In this document: piece after piece, positions 7,320-16,989 of the stretch | Numbering within the stretch: position 1 is the stretch's first letter | Layout of the letters: every line of letters starts with the position of its first letter | Assembly: GCA_964442985.1 (NCBI GenBank) | Contig: CAYUBH010000002.1 | Location: 1-42,453, forward strand | DNA: 42,453 nt | Direction of reading: 5' to 3' | Source of the DNA: an uncultured Gammaproteobacteria bacterium | GTDB lineage: Bacteria; Patescibacteriota; Patescibacteriia; Magasanikbacterales; GWA2-37-8 | Notes under the pieces: generated by a model | What the model was told of the DNA's origin: nothing | What the model saw: only the letters and a program-made list of their open reading frames with translations | The model's database searches: none | Translations under genes and position numbers: made by a program

Positions 7320-7832
7320 ATGCGACAGAATCAACTTAATCGAACTATCAAACTGATGCGCCGAACAGGGGATAAGGCCCTCATTCTCGATGGCGAGAGC
7401 GATGACATTTTTGTCCTCATGAACCTGGATAATTACGAGGAAATCCTCGATGTACTCGATGTCCCGCCAGCGCCAATAAGCCCGCTCCCAACCAGAATAA
7501 TCGCTGAGGAGTCAAAAAAAGAGCCTATCCAGGAAGAAAATACGATGGAAACCGAGGCGCTCGACGACTATGTCCTCGACGAGGTAATTGACGAAGAGGA
7601 AAAAGCTCAAAAAACAGCTGAAAGTATCCCTGAAATCACCTCGGCCACACCGAGAGCCGAACCGGCAGTGGAAGAAGTAACGATTGTTCCAGTTCCTTTT
7701 GCCGACGGGCAAACACCAATTTCTTTGCTAAAACAAGAGGAAAAAACCGATGATGACGGTAGCGAAGAGGGCTTGGCTGATGTACCAAACGATGGGGAAG
7801 AAGAAAAGTTCTACCTCGAACCAGTAGAATAG
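7320..7832 (+). CDS. acidic protein with YefM/Phd antitoxin-like N-terminal domain and long Asp/Glu-rich tail
   Basis: 170 aa. KALILDGESDDIFVLMNLDNYEEILD resembles E. coli YefM [26 protein letters not shown] (recalled from memory). No adjacent toxin ORF. TAG stop. Confidence 0.45.
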   Translation: MRQNQLNRTIKLMRRTGDKALILDGESDDIFVLMNLDNYEEILDVLDVPPAPISPLPTRIIAEESKKEPIQEENTMETEALDDYVLDEVIDEEEKAQKTAESIPEITSATPRAEPAVEEVTIVPVPFADGQTPISLLKQEEKTDDDGSEEGLADVPNDGEEEKFYLEPVE

Positions 7833-7869
7833 CCCTAATCTTAGCACAGCTTGTCCACACCGGACCCTC

Positions 7870-7898
7870 TTGCCAAGATGAGAAATCTCTGCTATAAT
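7870..7898 (+). promoter_or_regulatory. promoter of tuf (TTGCCA-17-TATAAT, TG-extended)
   Basis: TTGCCA 7870-7875, spacer ending in TGC, TATAAT 7893-7898. Confidence 0.6.
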
Positions 7899-8017
7899 CG
7901 GAAACGCTAATTCTGAGGCAGGATTAGTTCAAATTTATTTAAAATTACATAAAAAAACAGCGGCTGGAAAACAAATCTGGACCAACCACTTGGGACAGTG
8001 CCGCGATCTATATTTGT

Positions 8018-9208
8018 ATGGCTGAATTTATTCGGTCCAAACCACACGTGAATATTGGTACCATTGGTCACGTTGACCACGGTAAAACCACTACCACAGC
8101 AGCGATTATGAAAGTGCTCTCCCTTCGTGGGGGTGGTGCGAAAGACATCGGTGTTGATGGTCTTGATAAGAGTCCTGAAAGTAAGGCTCGCGGTATTACT
8201 ATCTCTACAGCACACGTAGAATACGAAACCGAAAAACGCCATTACGCACACGTTGACTGTCCTGGCCACGCTGACTATGTTAAAAACATGATCACTGGTG
8301 CTGCTCAGATGGACGGTGCGATTCTCGTTGTGTCCGCTGCTGACGGCCCTATGCCTCAGACTCGTGAACATATCCTCTTGGCTCACCAAGTCGGTGTTCC
8401 ATACATCGTTGTTTACTTGAACAAAGTTGACATGGTGTCTGATCCTGAACTCGTTGACCTCGTTGAGGCCGAAGTTCGTGATTTATTGACTAAATACGGC
8501 TTCCCTGGCGATAAGAGTCCAGTTGTTCGTGGTTCTTCTATCAAAGCATTGGAAAACCCAACTGACGAAGCAGCTATCAAGCCAATTCTTGATCTCATGA
8601 AGGCTTGTGATGAATATATCCCAGAGCCAACTCGCGCTACTGACAAACCTTTCCTCATGCCAGTTGAAGATGTCTTCTCTATCGAAGGCCGTGGTACTGT
8701 GGTAACTGGTCGTATCGAACGTGGTATCCTCAAAATCAACGATGAAGTTGAAATTGTTGGTCTCCGCGAAGAAAACATGAAGACTGTTGTTACTGGTATC
8801 GAAATGTTCAACAAGCAGTTGAAAGAAGGTCAAGCTGGTGATAACGCCGGTGTTCTTCTCCGTGGTACTAAGAAAGAAGAAGTTGAACGCGGTATGGTCT
8901 TGGCTAAGACTGGTACTGTTAAAGCTCACACTGAGTTTGAAGCTGAAATCTACGTCTTGACTAAAGACGAAGGTGGCCGCCACAAACCTTTCTTCAAAGG
9001 TTACAAACCACAGTTCTACATCCGTACAACTGACGTAACTGGTGAGATCGAACTCCCAGCAGGTACTGAAATGGTTATGCCTGGCGACAACGTTTCTATC
9101 AAAGTGAAACTCATTGTTCCAGTTGCTATCGAAGAAAAGATGAACTTCGCTATTCGCGAAGGTGGTCGCACCGTAGGTTCCGGTGTCGTTGTAAAAATTA
9201 CTAAATAA
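8018..9208 (+). CDS. tuf: elongation factor Tu
   Basis: 396 aa with [17 protein letters not shown] and NKVD motifs. Confidence 0.98.
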   Translation: MAEFIRSKPHVNIGTIGHVDHGKTTTTAAIMKVLSLRGGGAKDIGVDGLDKSPESKARGITISTAHVEYETEKRHYAHVDCPGHADYVKNMITGAAQMDGAILVVSAADGPMPQTREHILLAHQVGVPYIVVYLNKVDMVSDPELVDLVEAEVRDLLTKYGFPGDKSPVVRGSSIKALENPTDEAAIKPILDLMKACDEYIPEPTRATDKPFLMPVEDVFSIEGRGTVVTGRIERGILKINDEVEIVGLREENMKTVVTGIEMFNKQLKEGQAGDNAGVLLRGTKKEEVERGMVLAKTGTVKAHTEFEAEIYVLTKDEGGRHKPFFKGYKPQFYIRTTDVTGEIELPAGTEMVMPGDNVSIKVKLIVPVAIEEKMNFAIREGGRTVGSGVVVKITK

Positions 9209-9216
9209 TCCGACTA

Positions 9217-9244
9217 GGGGCTGCTCGAGAGAGCGGCCCCTTTT
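9217..9244 (+). terminator. intrinsic terminator after tuf
   Basis: GGGGCTGCTC-GAGA-GAGCGGCCCC (10 bp, one G-U pair) followed by TTTT. Confidence 0.7.
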
Positions 9245-9284
9245 CGTGGTTTTGTTCATTTGAAGCTCTTTAATTGTTACTCAC

Positions 9285-9635
9285 ATGTCGTCCGCAGCTA
9301 AAACTACAACTCAAGTCAAGAAAGAAGAAGCAGGAAGCCGTATTCGCATTAAGATTCGCGCTTACGATAATCGCATTATCGATCAAGCTACGAAAACTAT
9401 TGTGGAAACCGCTGAACGCCATGATGCGCAGGTAGTAGGTCCTGTACCATTACCAACAGAAAAGGTGAAATTCACCGTCAACCGCTCCACTTTCGTCCAC
9501 AAAGACGCTCGTGAGCAGTTTGAAATGCGTATTCACAAACGTTTGGTAGACATCATGAACGCCAGTCCAAAGTGTATTGACGCCCTCATGAGTTTGAGCC
9601 TTCCAGCTGGTGTCGATATTGAAATTAAGATGTAA
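9285..9635 (+). CDS. rpsJ: 30S ribosomal protein S10
   Basis: 116 aa. [10 protein letters not shown]...TKTIVETA...GPVPLPT core, with an N-terminal extension of about 12 aa. Confidence 0.95.
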   Translation: MSSAAKTTTQVKKEEAGSRIRIKIRAYDNRIIDQATKTIVETAERHDAQVVGPVPLPTEKVKFTVNRSTFVHKDAREQFEMRIHKRLVDIMNASPKCIDALMSLSLPAGVDIEIKM

Positions 9636-9650
9636 TCTGGGTCACCCAGA
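9636..9650 (+). promoter_or_regulatory. short hairpin immediately after the rpsJ stop (TCTGGG-TCA-CCCAGA)
   Basis: 6-bp perfect stem read directly. Function unknown. Confidence 0.3.
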
Positions 9651-9688
9651 GACTACACAGCGTCAAAAGTCGGTTTTTTGGCTGACTA

Positions 9689-9717
9689 TTGACAAAATAT
9701 GTATCTAGAGGTATACT
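9689..9717 (+). promoter_or_regulatory. near-consensus promoter inside the rpsJ-rplC gap (TTGACA-17-TATACT)
   Basis: TTGACA 9689-9694, 17-nt spacer, TATACT 9712-9717. Confidence 0.6.
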
Positions 9718-9723
9718 CTTGGT

Positions 9724-10007
9724 ACATAACAATAGTGTTATTTCGATAAATAAGATCTCAAGCGGGCAACCGCGAGAAACCATTTAGGCGAAGCGATACT
9801 ATTTTCAGGAGAATTATCTTAACATTTTACGAAACAAAAGCCATTCTTGCACCACGATTCAACCCGTGTGTGTGACCTAAACAAGCACGTAACGACGAGT
9901 CAAGCTTTTTAGATCAAAATCCTTGCTCCAAGTCACAGCTTTGTCGGTCAAAGAAGGCTAGAGGCGCCAGCCTTGAGTTCGCTCAAGTTCAGCGCTTCTA
10001 GTTTTTT
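9724..10007 (+). ncRNA. candidate structured RNA of about 285 nt, or attenuator-type leader of the rplC operon (family unknown)
   Basis: Bounded by the promoter at 9689-9717 and the terminator at 9958-10007. No ORF of 60 aa or more, and no ATG on the + strand between 9724 and 9957. Several internal hairpins, including a GNRA-capped one at 9757-9776. Confidence 0.45.
9958..10007 (+). terminator. intrinsic terminator inside the rpsJ-rplC gap
   Basis: CTAGAGGCGC / GCGCTTCTAG (10 bp) encloses TTGAG-TTCG-CTCAA and is followed by TTTTTT 10002-10007. Confidence 0.75.
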
Positions 10008-10141
10008 GTTAAGTAGACATTAAGCTAGTTTTCACCATTGACAAGCTACCTGAAAACCCCTCGCCGATGGACATCTCTACAAAGATGCTGAGGTGTTCCT
10101 TTACGAGGTTACCGGGTAGAGAACAATGTTTTTATTAAGAG

Positions 10142-10831
10142 ATGCGTATGAAATTCATTCTCGGGAAAAAAGTAGGCATGACACAAGTATTCGCTGCTAA
10201 CGGCGATGTAATTCCGGTTACTAAAGTAGTTGCTGGTCCTTGTCAGATTGTACAAGTAAAGGATGGAACTAAAGATAATCATGTTGCTTTGCAGCTTGGT
10301 TTTGAAAAAGTTCGCGATTTTCGTGTGAGCAAGCCAGAAGCTGGCCACTTGAAAGATCTTGATACCGTTCGTCATTTGAACGATTTCGGTATTGAAAAAG
10401 TTGACGGTATTGAACGCGGTGATGTTATCACTGTTGAAACATTCGTACCGGGCGACGTTGTATCAGTTATTGGCACCTCCAAAGGTAAAGGTTTTGCTGG
10501 TGTTGTGAAACGCCATCATTTCCGCGGTGCTCCAGCAACCCACGGTCACAAACACGATTTACGTGCTCCTGGTTCCATTGGTGCTGGTGGTGTGCAACGC
10601 GTGTTCAAAGGTATGCGTATGGCTGGCCGTATGGGTGGCGATCGCGTTACTGTAAAGAACTTGGAAATTGTTGCTGTTGATCCACAAACAAACGAACTTT
10701 TGATTAAAGGCGCTGTTCCTGGTGGTCGCAACTCGATCCTCATGATCAGTGGTACTGGTGAACTGAAAGTAATGAAAAAAGCCGCTCCAGTACAAGTAAC
10801 AGAAGCTACTCCAGCTCCTCAAGCTGCGTAA
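10142..10831 (+). CDS. rplC: 50S ribosomal protein L3
   Basis: 229 aa with a KFILGKKVGMTQVF N-terminus. ATG 10148 is an equally plausible start. Confidence 0.95.
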   Translation: MRMKFILGKKVGMTQVFAANGDVIPVTKVVAGPCQIVQVKDGTKDNHVALQLGFEKVRDFRVSKPEAGHLKDLDTVRHLNDFGIEKVDGIERGDVITVETFVPGDVVSVIGTSKGKGFAGVVKRHHFRGAPATHGHKHDLRAPGSIGAGGVQRVFKGMRMAGRMGGDRVTVKNLEIVAVDPQTNELLIKGAVPGGRNSILMISGTGELKVMKKAAPVQVTEATPAPQAA

Positions 10832-10856
10832 TACTTTATCGAATTTTGAGAAATGT

Positions 10857-11489
10857 ATGAAACTTACTGTCTACAATTTATCCGGTAAAGCGCAAAGCGA
10901 TGTTACTTTGAGTGACGAAGTCTTTAATATTACCGTTAAACCAGAAGTGGTTCACGAAGTTTTCGTGGCACTCCGCAACAACACTCGCGAACCTTGGGCA
11001 GATACCAAGAATCGTGGTGAAGTACGCGGTGGTGGTAAAAAACCATGGCAACAAAAAGGCACTGGTCGTGCTCGTCACGGCTCTACACGCTCTCCAATCT
11101 GGAAGGGCGGCGGTGTAGCTTTTGGTCCACTGTCTGATCGTAATTATAAAACAAAAATCAACAAGAAAACTCGTCGTTTGGCAACTAAGATGGTTTTGTC
11201 TGACAAAGCTCAGACTGGCACATTGTATGTTGTTGAAAACTTTGATTTCAAAGAGCCAAAAACTGCACTCTTTGCTTCGTTCATCAAAGCTCTTCCAGCC
11301 AAACAGCATAGTTTCTTGGTATTGACCGCTGGTAAGGATGCAAAATTGATGCGCATGACCAGTAATTTGAAAAAAATTGAAACAATGCGCGCAGAAGACG
11401 CTAACGTAGCTGCTCTTTTGTCGAAGCAAGCAGTTGTCACCAGTGTCGAAGGTGTCAAGCAATTGGAAAAAATCTTGACTACTAAGTAA
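10857..11489 (+). CDS. rplD: 50S ribosomal protein L4
   Basis: 210 aa with a GGGKKPWQQKGTGRARHGS motif. Confidence 0.95.
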   Translation: MKLTVYNLSGKAQSDVTLSDEVFNITVKPEVVHEVFVALRNNTREPWADTKNRGEVRGGGKKPWQQKGTGRARHGSTRSPIWKGGGVAFGPLSDRNYKTKINKKTRRLATKMVLSDKAQTGTLYVVENFDFKEPKTALFASFIKALPAKQHSFLVLTAGKDAKLMRMTSNLKKIETMRAEDANVAALLSKQAVVTSVEGVKQLEKILTTK

Positions 11490-11502
11490 TCGTTGAAGAC
11501 GT

Positions 11503-11895
11503 ATGGCTATCTTTAAGAAAGACAAAAAAGAAGCAGCTCCAAAGAAAGCTACCAAAAAAGTAGCTACTCCTAAAGTTGCTGAAACAACCGCTGGTGTAAA
11601 AACCACAACGACTGCTCACGGTATTATCATTCGCCCAATCGTCACCGAAAAAGCTGCGTTGGCTCAAGGCCAAAACAACAAATATAGTTTTGTTGTCGCG
11701 CTCGATGCGAAAAAGGTGCAAGTTAAAACTGCGATTCAGGAAATGTACGGTGTGAAACCAGTGTCTGTGAATATTGTCAACGTACAAGGTCATCGTGTTC
11801 GCTTTGGCGCAAGTCAGGGTCGCAAATCCGATACCAAAAAAGCTATCGTTACCCTGCCAGCAGGTCAGACGATTACTATTCATGAAGGTGTCTAA
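11503..11895 (+). CDS. rplW: 50S ribosomal protein L23
   Basis: 130 aa. IIRPIVTEKA core follows an N-terminal Lys/Ala-rich extension of about 30 aa. Confidence 0.9.
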   Translation: MAIFKKDKKEAAPKKATKKVATPKVAETTAGVKTTTTAHGIIIRPIVTEKAALAQGQNNKYSFVVALDAKKVQVKTAIQEMYGVKPVSVNIVNVQGHRVRFGASQGRKSDTKKAIVTLPAGQTITIHEGV

Positions 11896-11906
11896 ACCAA
11901 CAGTAT

Positions 11907-12758
11907 ATGCCGATTAAGATCCACAAACCAACTAGTCCGGGTCGCCGCAATTCCAGTGGTGACGCGTTTTCTGACATCACCAAATGGGAGCCAGAAAAAA
12001 GCCTGATTGAATTCTTGCAGCCAAAATCTGGTCGCAACAACCAGGGTGTGATTACGGTTCGCCACAAAAGTGGTGGCGCTAAGAAATACTACCGCTTGGT
12101 AGACTTCCAGCAACACAAATTCGATGTCTCCGCAACGGTTGAAGCGATTGAATACGATCCAAACCGCGGTGCTCGTATTGCTCTTATCAAATACGCTGAC
12201 GGTACAAAATCCTACGTCTTGGCTTCTGAAAGTACCAAGGTAGGGGATACCATGATTTCTTCCAAAAATGTAGTTGAAGCAAAATCTGGTAACCGCATGC
12301 CTCTCAAACACATTCCAGTTGGTCTCTTCATTTACAATGTTGAATTGACTCCTGGTAAAGGTGGTCAGTTGGCTCGTGGCGCCGGTTTGTCCGCACAGTT
12401 GGTGGGCACCGAAGGCGACTACGCTCAAATTCGTTTGCCTTCTGGCGAAATCCGCTCCGTGATTAAAGAATGTTTAGCAACCATCGGCATCCTCAGTAAC
12501 CCAGATCGCCGTCTTATCCGCTGGGGTAAAGCTGGTCGTATCCGTCATCGCGGTATCAAACCAACGGTGAAGGGTAAGAACATGAACCCTGTTGACCACC
12601 CACACGGTGGTGGTGAAGGCCATAGTCCTATCGGTCAGAAACGTGGTCCTCAGACAGTATACGGTAAGCCAGCTCGTGGTGTGAAAACCCGCAAGCCGCA
12701 AAAGTGGAGTGACAAGTTTATTGTTCAATCCCGCCGCGCTAAAAAGGCTACTGCTTAA
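11907..12758 (+). CDS. rplB: 50S ribosomal protein L2
   Basis: 283 aa with GRNNQG and HPHGGGEG motifs. Confidence 0.97.
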   Translation: MPIKIHKPTSPGRRNSSGDAFSDITKWEPEKSLIEFLQPKSGRNNQGVITVRHKSGGAKKYYRLVDFQQHKFDVSATVEAIEYDPNRGARIALIKYADGTKSYVLASESTKVGDTMISSKNVVEAKSGNRMPLKHIPVGLFIYNVELTPGKGGQLARGAGLSAQLVGTEGDYAQIRLPSGEIRSVIKECLATIGILSNPDRRLIRWGKAGRIRHRGIKPTVKGKNMNPVDHPHGGGEGHSPIGQKRGPQTVYGKPARGVKTRKPQKWSDKFIVQSRRAKKATA

Positions 12759-12770
12759 TAATCCATCACT

Positions 12771-13094
12771 ATGTCACGAAGTTTAAAAAAAGGCGCCTAC
12801 ATTGACCCACGTGTGCTCCAGAAAGTTGCAGCCATGAAAGCCAGTGGTAAACGCGCATCAATCAAAACCTGGTCTCGCGCTTGTGTTATCTCTCCGGAGA
12901 TGGTCGGCGTCACCTTCTTAGTCCATAACGGCAAAGATTTTATCACCGTATTGTGTGATGAAAACATGGTTGGTCATCGCTTAGGCGAATTTTCCCCAAC
13001 CCGTAAATTCATTCGCCATGGTGGTAAGATGCAAAAAGATCAGGAAACCAAAGCAGCCGCTCCAGCAGCCGCTCCAGCTCCTGCTAAGAAATAA
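12771..13094 (+). CDS. rpsS: 30S ribosomal protein S19
   Basis: 107 aa. Starts SRSLKKG and carries VHNGK and GHRLGEF motifs. Ala/Pro-rich C-terminal tail. Confidence 0.95.
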   Translation: MSRSLKKGAYIDPRVLQKVAAMKASGKRASIKTWSRACVISPEMVGVTFLVHNGKDFITVLCDENMVGHRLGEFSPTRKFIRHGGKMQKDQETKAAAPAAAPAPAKK

Positions 13095-13105
13095 TCTTTA
13101 CCCGT

Positions 13106-13480
13106 ATGAACCAGGAAGTTACAGCACAATTAAAATACTTGCGCACCAGTCCTCGTAAATTGCGCTTGATTGTTGACCTTATCCGTGGTAAGCGTGTTTC
13201 TCGAGCTTTGGAAAATTTGGCGGTGCTCAACAAGAAGCAAGCTTATACTATGGCTAAGTTGGTAAACTCCGCAATTGCGAACGCTACCAACAACCACTCG
13301 CTCAAAGCTGATGATTTGGTTATCAAAACTATCACCGTTGATGGTGGTCCAGTGTTGAAACGCTTTATGCCAAAAGCTCATGGTCGTGCCACTCCAGTTC
13401 GCGAGCGCACTTCCCATGTAAAATTGGTGTTAGCTGTCGCGCCAAAAAAAGCTAAAGCTACTAAGACTAAGAAGCAATAA
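13106..13480 (+). CDS. rplV: 50S ribosomal protein L22
   Basis: 124 aa with an SPRKLRLIVDLIRGK motif. Confidence 0.95.
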   Translation: MNQEVTAQLKYLRTSPRKLRLIVDLIRGKRVSRALENLAVLNKKQAYTMAKLVNSAIANATNNHSLKADDLVIKTITVDGGPVLKRFMPKAHGRATPVRERTSHVKLVLAVAPKKAKATKTKKQ

Positions 13481-13491
13481 TTTCTTTACCT

Positions 13492-14184
13492 ATGGGTCAC
13501 AAAGTCCATCCGAAAATTCACCGCGTTCCTTTCGTCTTCCCTTGGGATTCTCGTTGGTTCGCTAAGAAAGATCAGCTTGCTCAATACTTGCAACAGGAAA
13601 TTGGTATTCGCGAATTCTTGGAAAAGAAATTGAAAGAAGCAGGCATTGATTCTATCAGTATCGAACGCACTTCTAAAGAAGTTGTCATTACCATCTTGGC
13701 TGCTAAGCCAGGCGTCGTTATTGGCCGTGGTGGTGCTGGTCTTGAAGATATTCGCAAAGAAGTAGAAAAGAAATTGTTACAATTTAGCACTAAAGTTAAG
13801 TTGAACATTCAACCTGTTAATCAGCCAGCTCTCTCGGCAGCGATTGTTGCTCAGAACGCTGCGCTTGATATTGAAAAACGTCTTCCTTTCCGCCGTGTGA
13901 TGAAGCAAGCAATTGAAAAAATCATGTCGGCTGGGGCGAAAGGTGTGAAAATTCAAATGTCTGGTCGTTTGAACGGTGCTGAAATTGCTCGTCGTGAAAA
14001 ATTGGCTTCCGGCAAAATGTCTTTGATCACCATCCGCAGTGATGTTGATTACGCGTTGGCTGAAGCTCACACCATGTACGGCAAAATCGGTATCAAGGTC
14101 TGGATTTATAACGGTGAAGTATTCGGTCGCCGTGATAAATTTGCTAAGAAAGAGACTGAGGAAACTAAGAAGCAGGCTAAATAA
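13492..14184 (+). CDS. rpsC: 30S ribosomal protein S3
   Basis: 230 aa. MGHKVHP start and KH-domain GRGGAG. Confidence 0.95.
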   Translation: MGHKVHPKIHRVPFVFPWDSRWFAKKDQLAQYLQQEIGIREFLEKKLKEAGIDSISIERTSKEVVITILAAKPGVVIGRGGAGLEDIRKEVEKKLLQFSTKVKLNIQPVNQPALSAAIVAQNAALDIEKRLPFRRVMKQAIEKIMSAGAKGVKIQMSGRLNGAEIARREKLASGKMSLITIRSDVDYALAEAHTMYGKIGIKVWIYNGEVFGRRDKFAKKETEETKKQAK

Positions 14185-14204
14185 GTCCCTCTAAGATTGC
14201 CCCT

Positions 14205-14624
14205 ATGTTATTACCAAAAAAAGTACAACATCGAAAATGGCACAAAGGCCGTCGCCGTCAAAAAGGCGTCGCTACTCGTGCTAACAGCATCGACTTTGGT
14301 GACTTTGGTCTCAAGAGTCAGAGCTACGGCTGGGTCACTAGCCGTCAGATCGAAGCAGCTCGCCGTGTGCTCACTCGCTATGTGCGCCGTGGTGGTAAAG
14401 TTTGGATCCGTATCTTCCCTGATAAACCAGTTACTAAAAAAGGTAACGAAACCCCGATGGGTGGTGGTAAAGGTGCTCCGGATCATTACGTCGCTGTTGT
14501 CAAACCAGGTACCGTTCTCTTTGAAATGGTTGGTGTGACCCGCGAATCAGCTAAAGAAGCGATGGATATGGCCGGCTACAAGTTCGGTCTCAAGACCAAG
14601 TTTATCGAAAAGAACCGCCCATAA
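14205..14624 (+). CDS. rplP: 50S ribosomal protein L16
   Basis: 139 aa. [11 protein letters not shown] start and PMGGGKG motif. Confidence 0.95.
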   Translation: MLLPKKVQHRKWHKGRRRQKGVATRANSIDFGDFGLKSQSYGWVTSRQIEAARRVLTRYVRRGGKVWIRIFPDKPVTKKGNETPMGGGKGAPDHYVAVVKPGTVLFEMVGVTRESAKEAMDMAGYKFGLKTKFIEKNRP

Positions 14625-14625
14625 T

Positions 14626-14820
14626 ATGGATTTCAAAGACTTACAAGCTAAATCAGACGCAGAATTGAAGGAATTGCTTACGACCCTCGTAAGTGAGCTC
14701 CACGCGAATAATTTCGCGAAGCGTACGAAGCAAATCAAGCAGGTGCACCTCTTTAGTCAGAAGCGCCAAGCAATTGCTCGCATTAAGACGCTGCTCCACA
14801 CTCGAGCCGCTAGTAAATAA
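14626..14820 (+). CDS. rpmC: 50S ribosomal protein L29
   Basis: 64 aa helical protein in the canonical position between L16 and S17. Confidence 0.9.
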   Translation: MDFKDLQAKSDAELKELLTTLVSELHANNFAKRTKQIKQVHLFSQKRQAIARIKTLLHTRAASK

Positions 14821-14831
14821 TCACTTATTGT

Positions 14832-15086
14832 ATGGAAAACAAAGAAACCAAACTTGAGCGCTCGTTTACTGGTACTGTTGTTTCAACAGGTATGCAGAAG
14901 ACTATCACCGTTCGCGTTGATTCGATGAAGCTCAATGAAAAATATCAAAAGAAATATCGTGTTAGTGCTAAATATCATGTTCATGATGAAGATGGTAAGG
15001 CCAAAGTCGGTGACACGGTTACGTTTGTCGAATGTCGCCCAATGTCCAAAACAAAACGTTGGACATTGACCGCCGTCGCTAAATAA
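14832..15086 (+). CDS. rpsQ: 30S ribosomal protein S17
   Basis: 84 aa with GTVVS..MQKTITV and VGD.V...ECRP.SK.KRW motifs. Confidence 0.93.
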   Translation: MENKETKLERSFTGTVVSTGMQKTITVRVDSMKLNEKYQKKYRVSAKYHVHDEDGKAKVGDTVTFVECRPMSKTKRWTLTAVAK

Positions 15087-15112
15087 TGTTTTAAAAACCT
15101 TTCGTTTTTAGT

Positions 15113-15484
15113 ATGATTCAACATCGCGCAATGCTCGCTGTCGCCGATAACACCGGTGCCAAAAAGCTACAATGTATTCGTGTGCTTGATGGTTACAAGA
15201 AGCGCTATGCTCGTCTTGGTGACGTCATCACTTGCGTTGTGAAAGAAGCTGCTCCACGTGGACTCGTTAAAAAGAGTGATGTTGTGCATGCTGTCTTGGT
15301 TCGCATCCGCAAAGAAACTCGCCGTCCAGATGGCACCTATGTTCGCTTTGACGAAAACGCAGCGGTTATTATTGACCGCGCTAGTAAAGAGCCAAAAGGT
15401 TCCCGTATCTTCGGGCCGATTGCTCGCGAACTTCGCACCAAAGGTTTTCAAAAGATTATTTCCTTAGCCCCTGAAGTGGTGTAA
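15113..15484 (+). CDS. rplN: 50S ribosomal protein L14
   Basis: 123 aa starting [17 protein letters not shown]. Confidence 0.96.
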   Translation: MIQHRAMLAVADNTGAKKLQCIRVLDGYKKRYARLGDVITCVVKEAAPRGLVKKSDVVHAVLVRIRKETRRPDGTYVRFDENAAVIIDRASKEPKGSRIFGPIARELRTKGFQKIISLAPEVV

Positions 15485-15508
15485 GACTTTAAGGAATATT
15501 ATACCTAT

Positions 15509-15817
15509 ATGAAAATCAAATTAAACGACAAAGTAAAAGTCATGAGCGGCAAGGATGCTGGCAAAGAAGCCAAAGTCATCCAGGTTTTTCCAAAAGAAGG
15601 AAAAATCGTGGTAGAAGGTGTGAACATTGTAAAAAAGCACATCAAAGCCAAAAAAGCTGGTGAAAAAGGCACTCGTATTGAGCTCGCTGGTCCGATTCAT
15701 GCTTCTAAAGTTATGCTCCTTGATCCTAAATCTGGTAAACCAACTCGTGTTGGCTACAAGATGGACGGTAAAAAGAAACGTCGTGTAGCAACTGCTACCG
15801 GTGAATTTATCGACTAA
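15509..15817 (+). CDS. rplX: 50S ribosomal protein L24
   Basis: 102 aa with the KOW motif KVKVMSGKDAGKE. Confidence 0.93.
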   Translation: MKIKLNDKVKVMSGKDAGKEAKVIQVFPKEGKIVVEGVNIVKKHIKAKKAGEKGTRIELAGPIHASKVMLLDPKSGKPTRVGYKMDGKKKRRVATATGEFID

Positions 15818-15821
15818 GCCT

Positions 15822-16361
15822 ATGAAATCCCTTTACGAAATGTATAAGAAAGAGATCGTTCCAGCCATTCAAAAAGAGCTTGGCCTCAAGAACGTCATGC
15901 AGGTACCAAAAATTACCAAAGTGGTGATTAACGCTGGTATCGGTCGCTTTGTCAAAGAAGCTAACTTTATCGACAACGTAGAAAAGACGTTGACAAAAAT
16001 CACCGGTCAAAAACCAGTGCGCACCAAAGCTAAAAAAGCTATCTCCAACTTCAAAATCCGTCAGGGTCAAGAAATTGGTGTGGTGGTCACTCTCCGTGGT
16101 CCTCGCATGTACCACTTCCTTGAAAAATTACTCCGTGTAACGTTCCCTCGCGTGCGCGACTTCCATGGTATTTCTGATAAAGCTTTTGATCGCCAGGGCA
16201 ACTTCACAATTGGTTTCAAAGAAAACATCGCGTTTCCTGAAGTAAAATTGGAAGAAATCGAAAAAATTCATGGCTTGCAGGTGGTCATTAATACGACTGC
16301 CAAAGATAAGGTCGCGGGCCGTGCATTACTTACTCACTTAGGATTCCCTTTCACTAAATAA
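15822..16361 (+). CDS. rplE: 50S ribosomal protein L5
   Basis: ATG 15822 lies just after the rplX stop, whereas the track start GTG 15801 overlaps rplX. MKSLYEMYKKEIVP start and FDRQGNFTIGFKE motif. Confidence 0.93.
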   Translation: MKSLYEMYKKEIVPAIQKELGLKNVMQVPKITKVVINAGIGRFVKEANFIDNVEKTLTKITGQKPVRTKAKKAISNFKIRQGQEIGVVVTLRGPRMYHFLEKLLRVTFPRVRDFHGISDKAFDRQGNFTIGFKENIAFPEVKLEEIEKIHGLQVVINTTAKDKVAGRALLTHLGFPFTK

Positions 16362-16362
16362 T

Positions 16363-16548
16363 ATGGCTACTTGGGCACAAATTTCAAAATCAAAGAAGAC
16401 TCCAAAGTTTTCGACTCGCATTGTCAACCGATGCTGGAATTGCGGTCGTAAACGCGCCTTCATGCGCCGATTTAAAGTTTGCCGTATTTGTTTCCGTGAA
16501 TTTGCGAACGCTGGTAAGATTCCAGGTGTCCGCAAGTCCAGTTGGTAA
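16363..16548 (+). CDS. rpsN: 30S ribosomal protein S14, zinc-binding type Z (61 aa)
   Basis: Two Cys pairs, CWNC...CRIC, and the canonical position between L5 and S8. Confidence 0.93.
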   Translation: MATWAQISKSKKTPKFSTRIVNRCWNCGRKRAFMRRFKVCRICFREFANAGKIPGVRKSSW

Positions 16549-16576
16549 TTCTAATGTATAAGATAATTATTCTATT

Positions 16577-16966
16577 ATGATGACTGATCCAATTGCTGAC
16601 ATGCTCACTCGAATGCGCAACGCTTCCATGGTGCACAAAAAAGAAGTCACCTTGCCTTTTTCCAAATTGAAAATGGCGATTGCCAACATTCTAGTGCGTG
16701 AAGGCTATATTGCTAAAGCTGAGGAAACCAAGGGTAAACCTTCCTTTATCGTGGTAACATTAAAGTACACCGATAAAATCCCAGCGATTCAATCCCTCAC
16801 CCGCGTCAGTACCCCAGGTCACCGCCGCTATGTGAAGAAAACTGATATCGAACGCGTGTTAAACGGTCTCGGTATTGCGATTCTTTCCACCCCACAAGGT
16901 CTTTTGACTGATAAAGAAGCGATTGCTGCTAACGTGGGTGGTGAACTCCTTTGTGAAATTTACTAA
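16577..16966 (+). CDS. rpsH: 30S ribosomal protein S8
   Basis: 129 aa starting MMTDPIADMLTRMRNA. Confidence 0.95.
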   Translation: MMTDPIADMLTRMRNASMVHKKEVTLPFSKLKMAIANILVREGYIAKAEETKGKPSFIVVTLKYTDKIPAIQSLTRVSTPGHRRYVKKTDIERVLNGLGIAILSTPQGLLTDKEAIAANVGGELLCEIY

Positions 16967-16989
16967 TCACTCACACTAAGCTTATTTAT

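Noticed and set aside
8483-9259. Long antisense or alternative-frame ORFs inside conserved genes. Examples are 8483-9259 - in tuf, 10878-11606 - in rplD/rplW, 14197-14538 + in rplP, 32392-32943 + in topA, and 36748-37317 + and 37808-38419 + in der.
   Set aside because: Each is fully embedded in a confidently identified conserved gene. They have low-complexity or odd composition and no independent start or regulatory signals.
10038-10043. A second TTGACA downstream of the gap terminator, considered as the rplC promoter.
   Set aside because: No acceptable -10 hexamer lies 16-19 nt downstream (TCGCCG at the 17-nt position).
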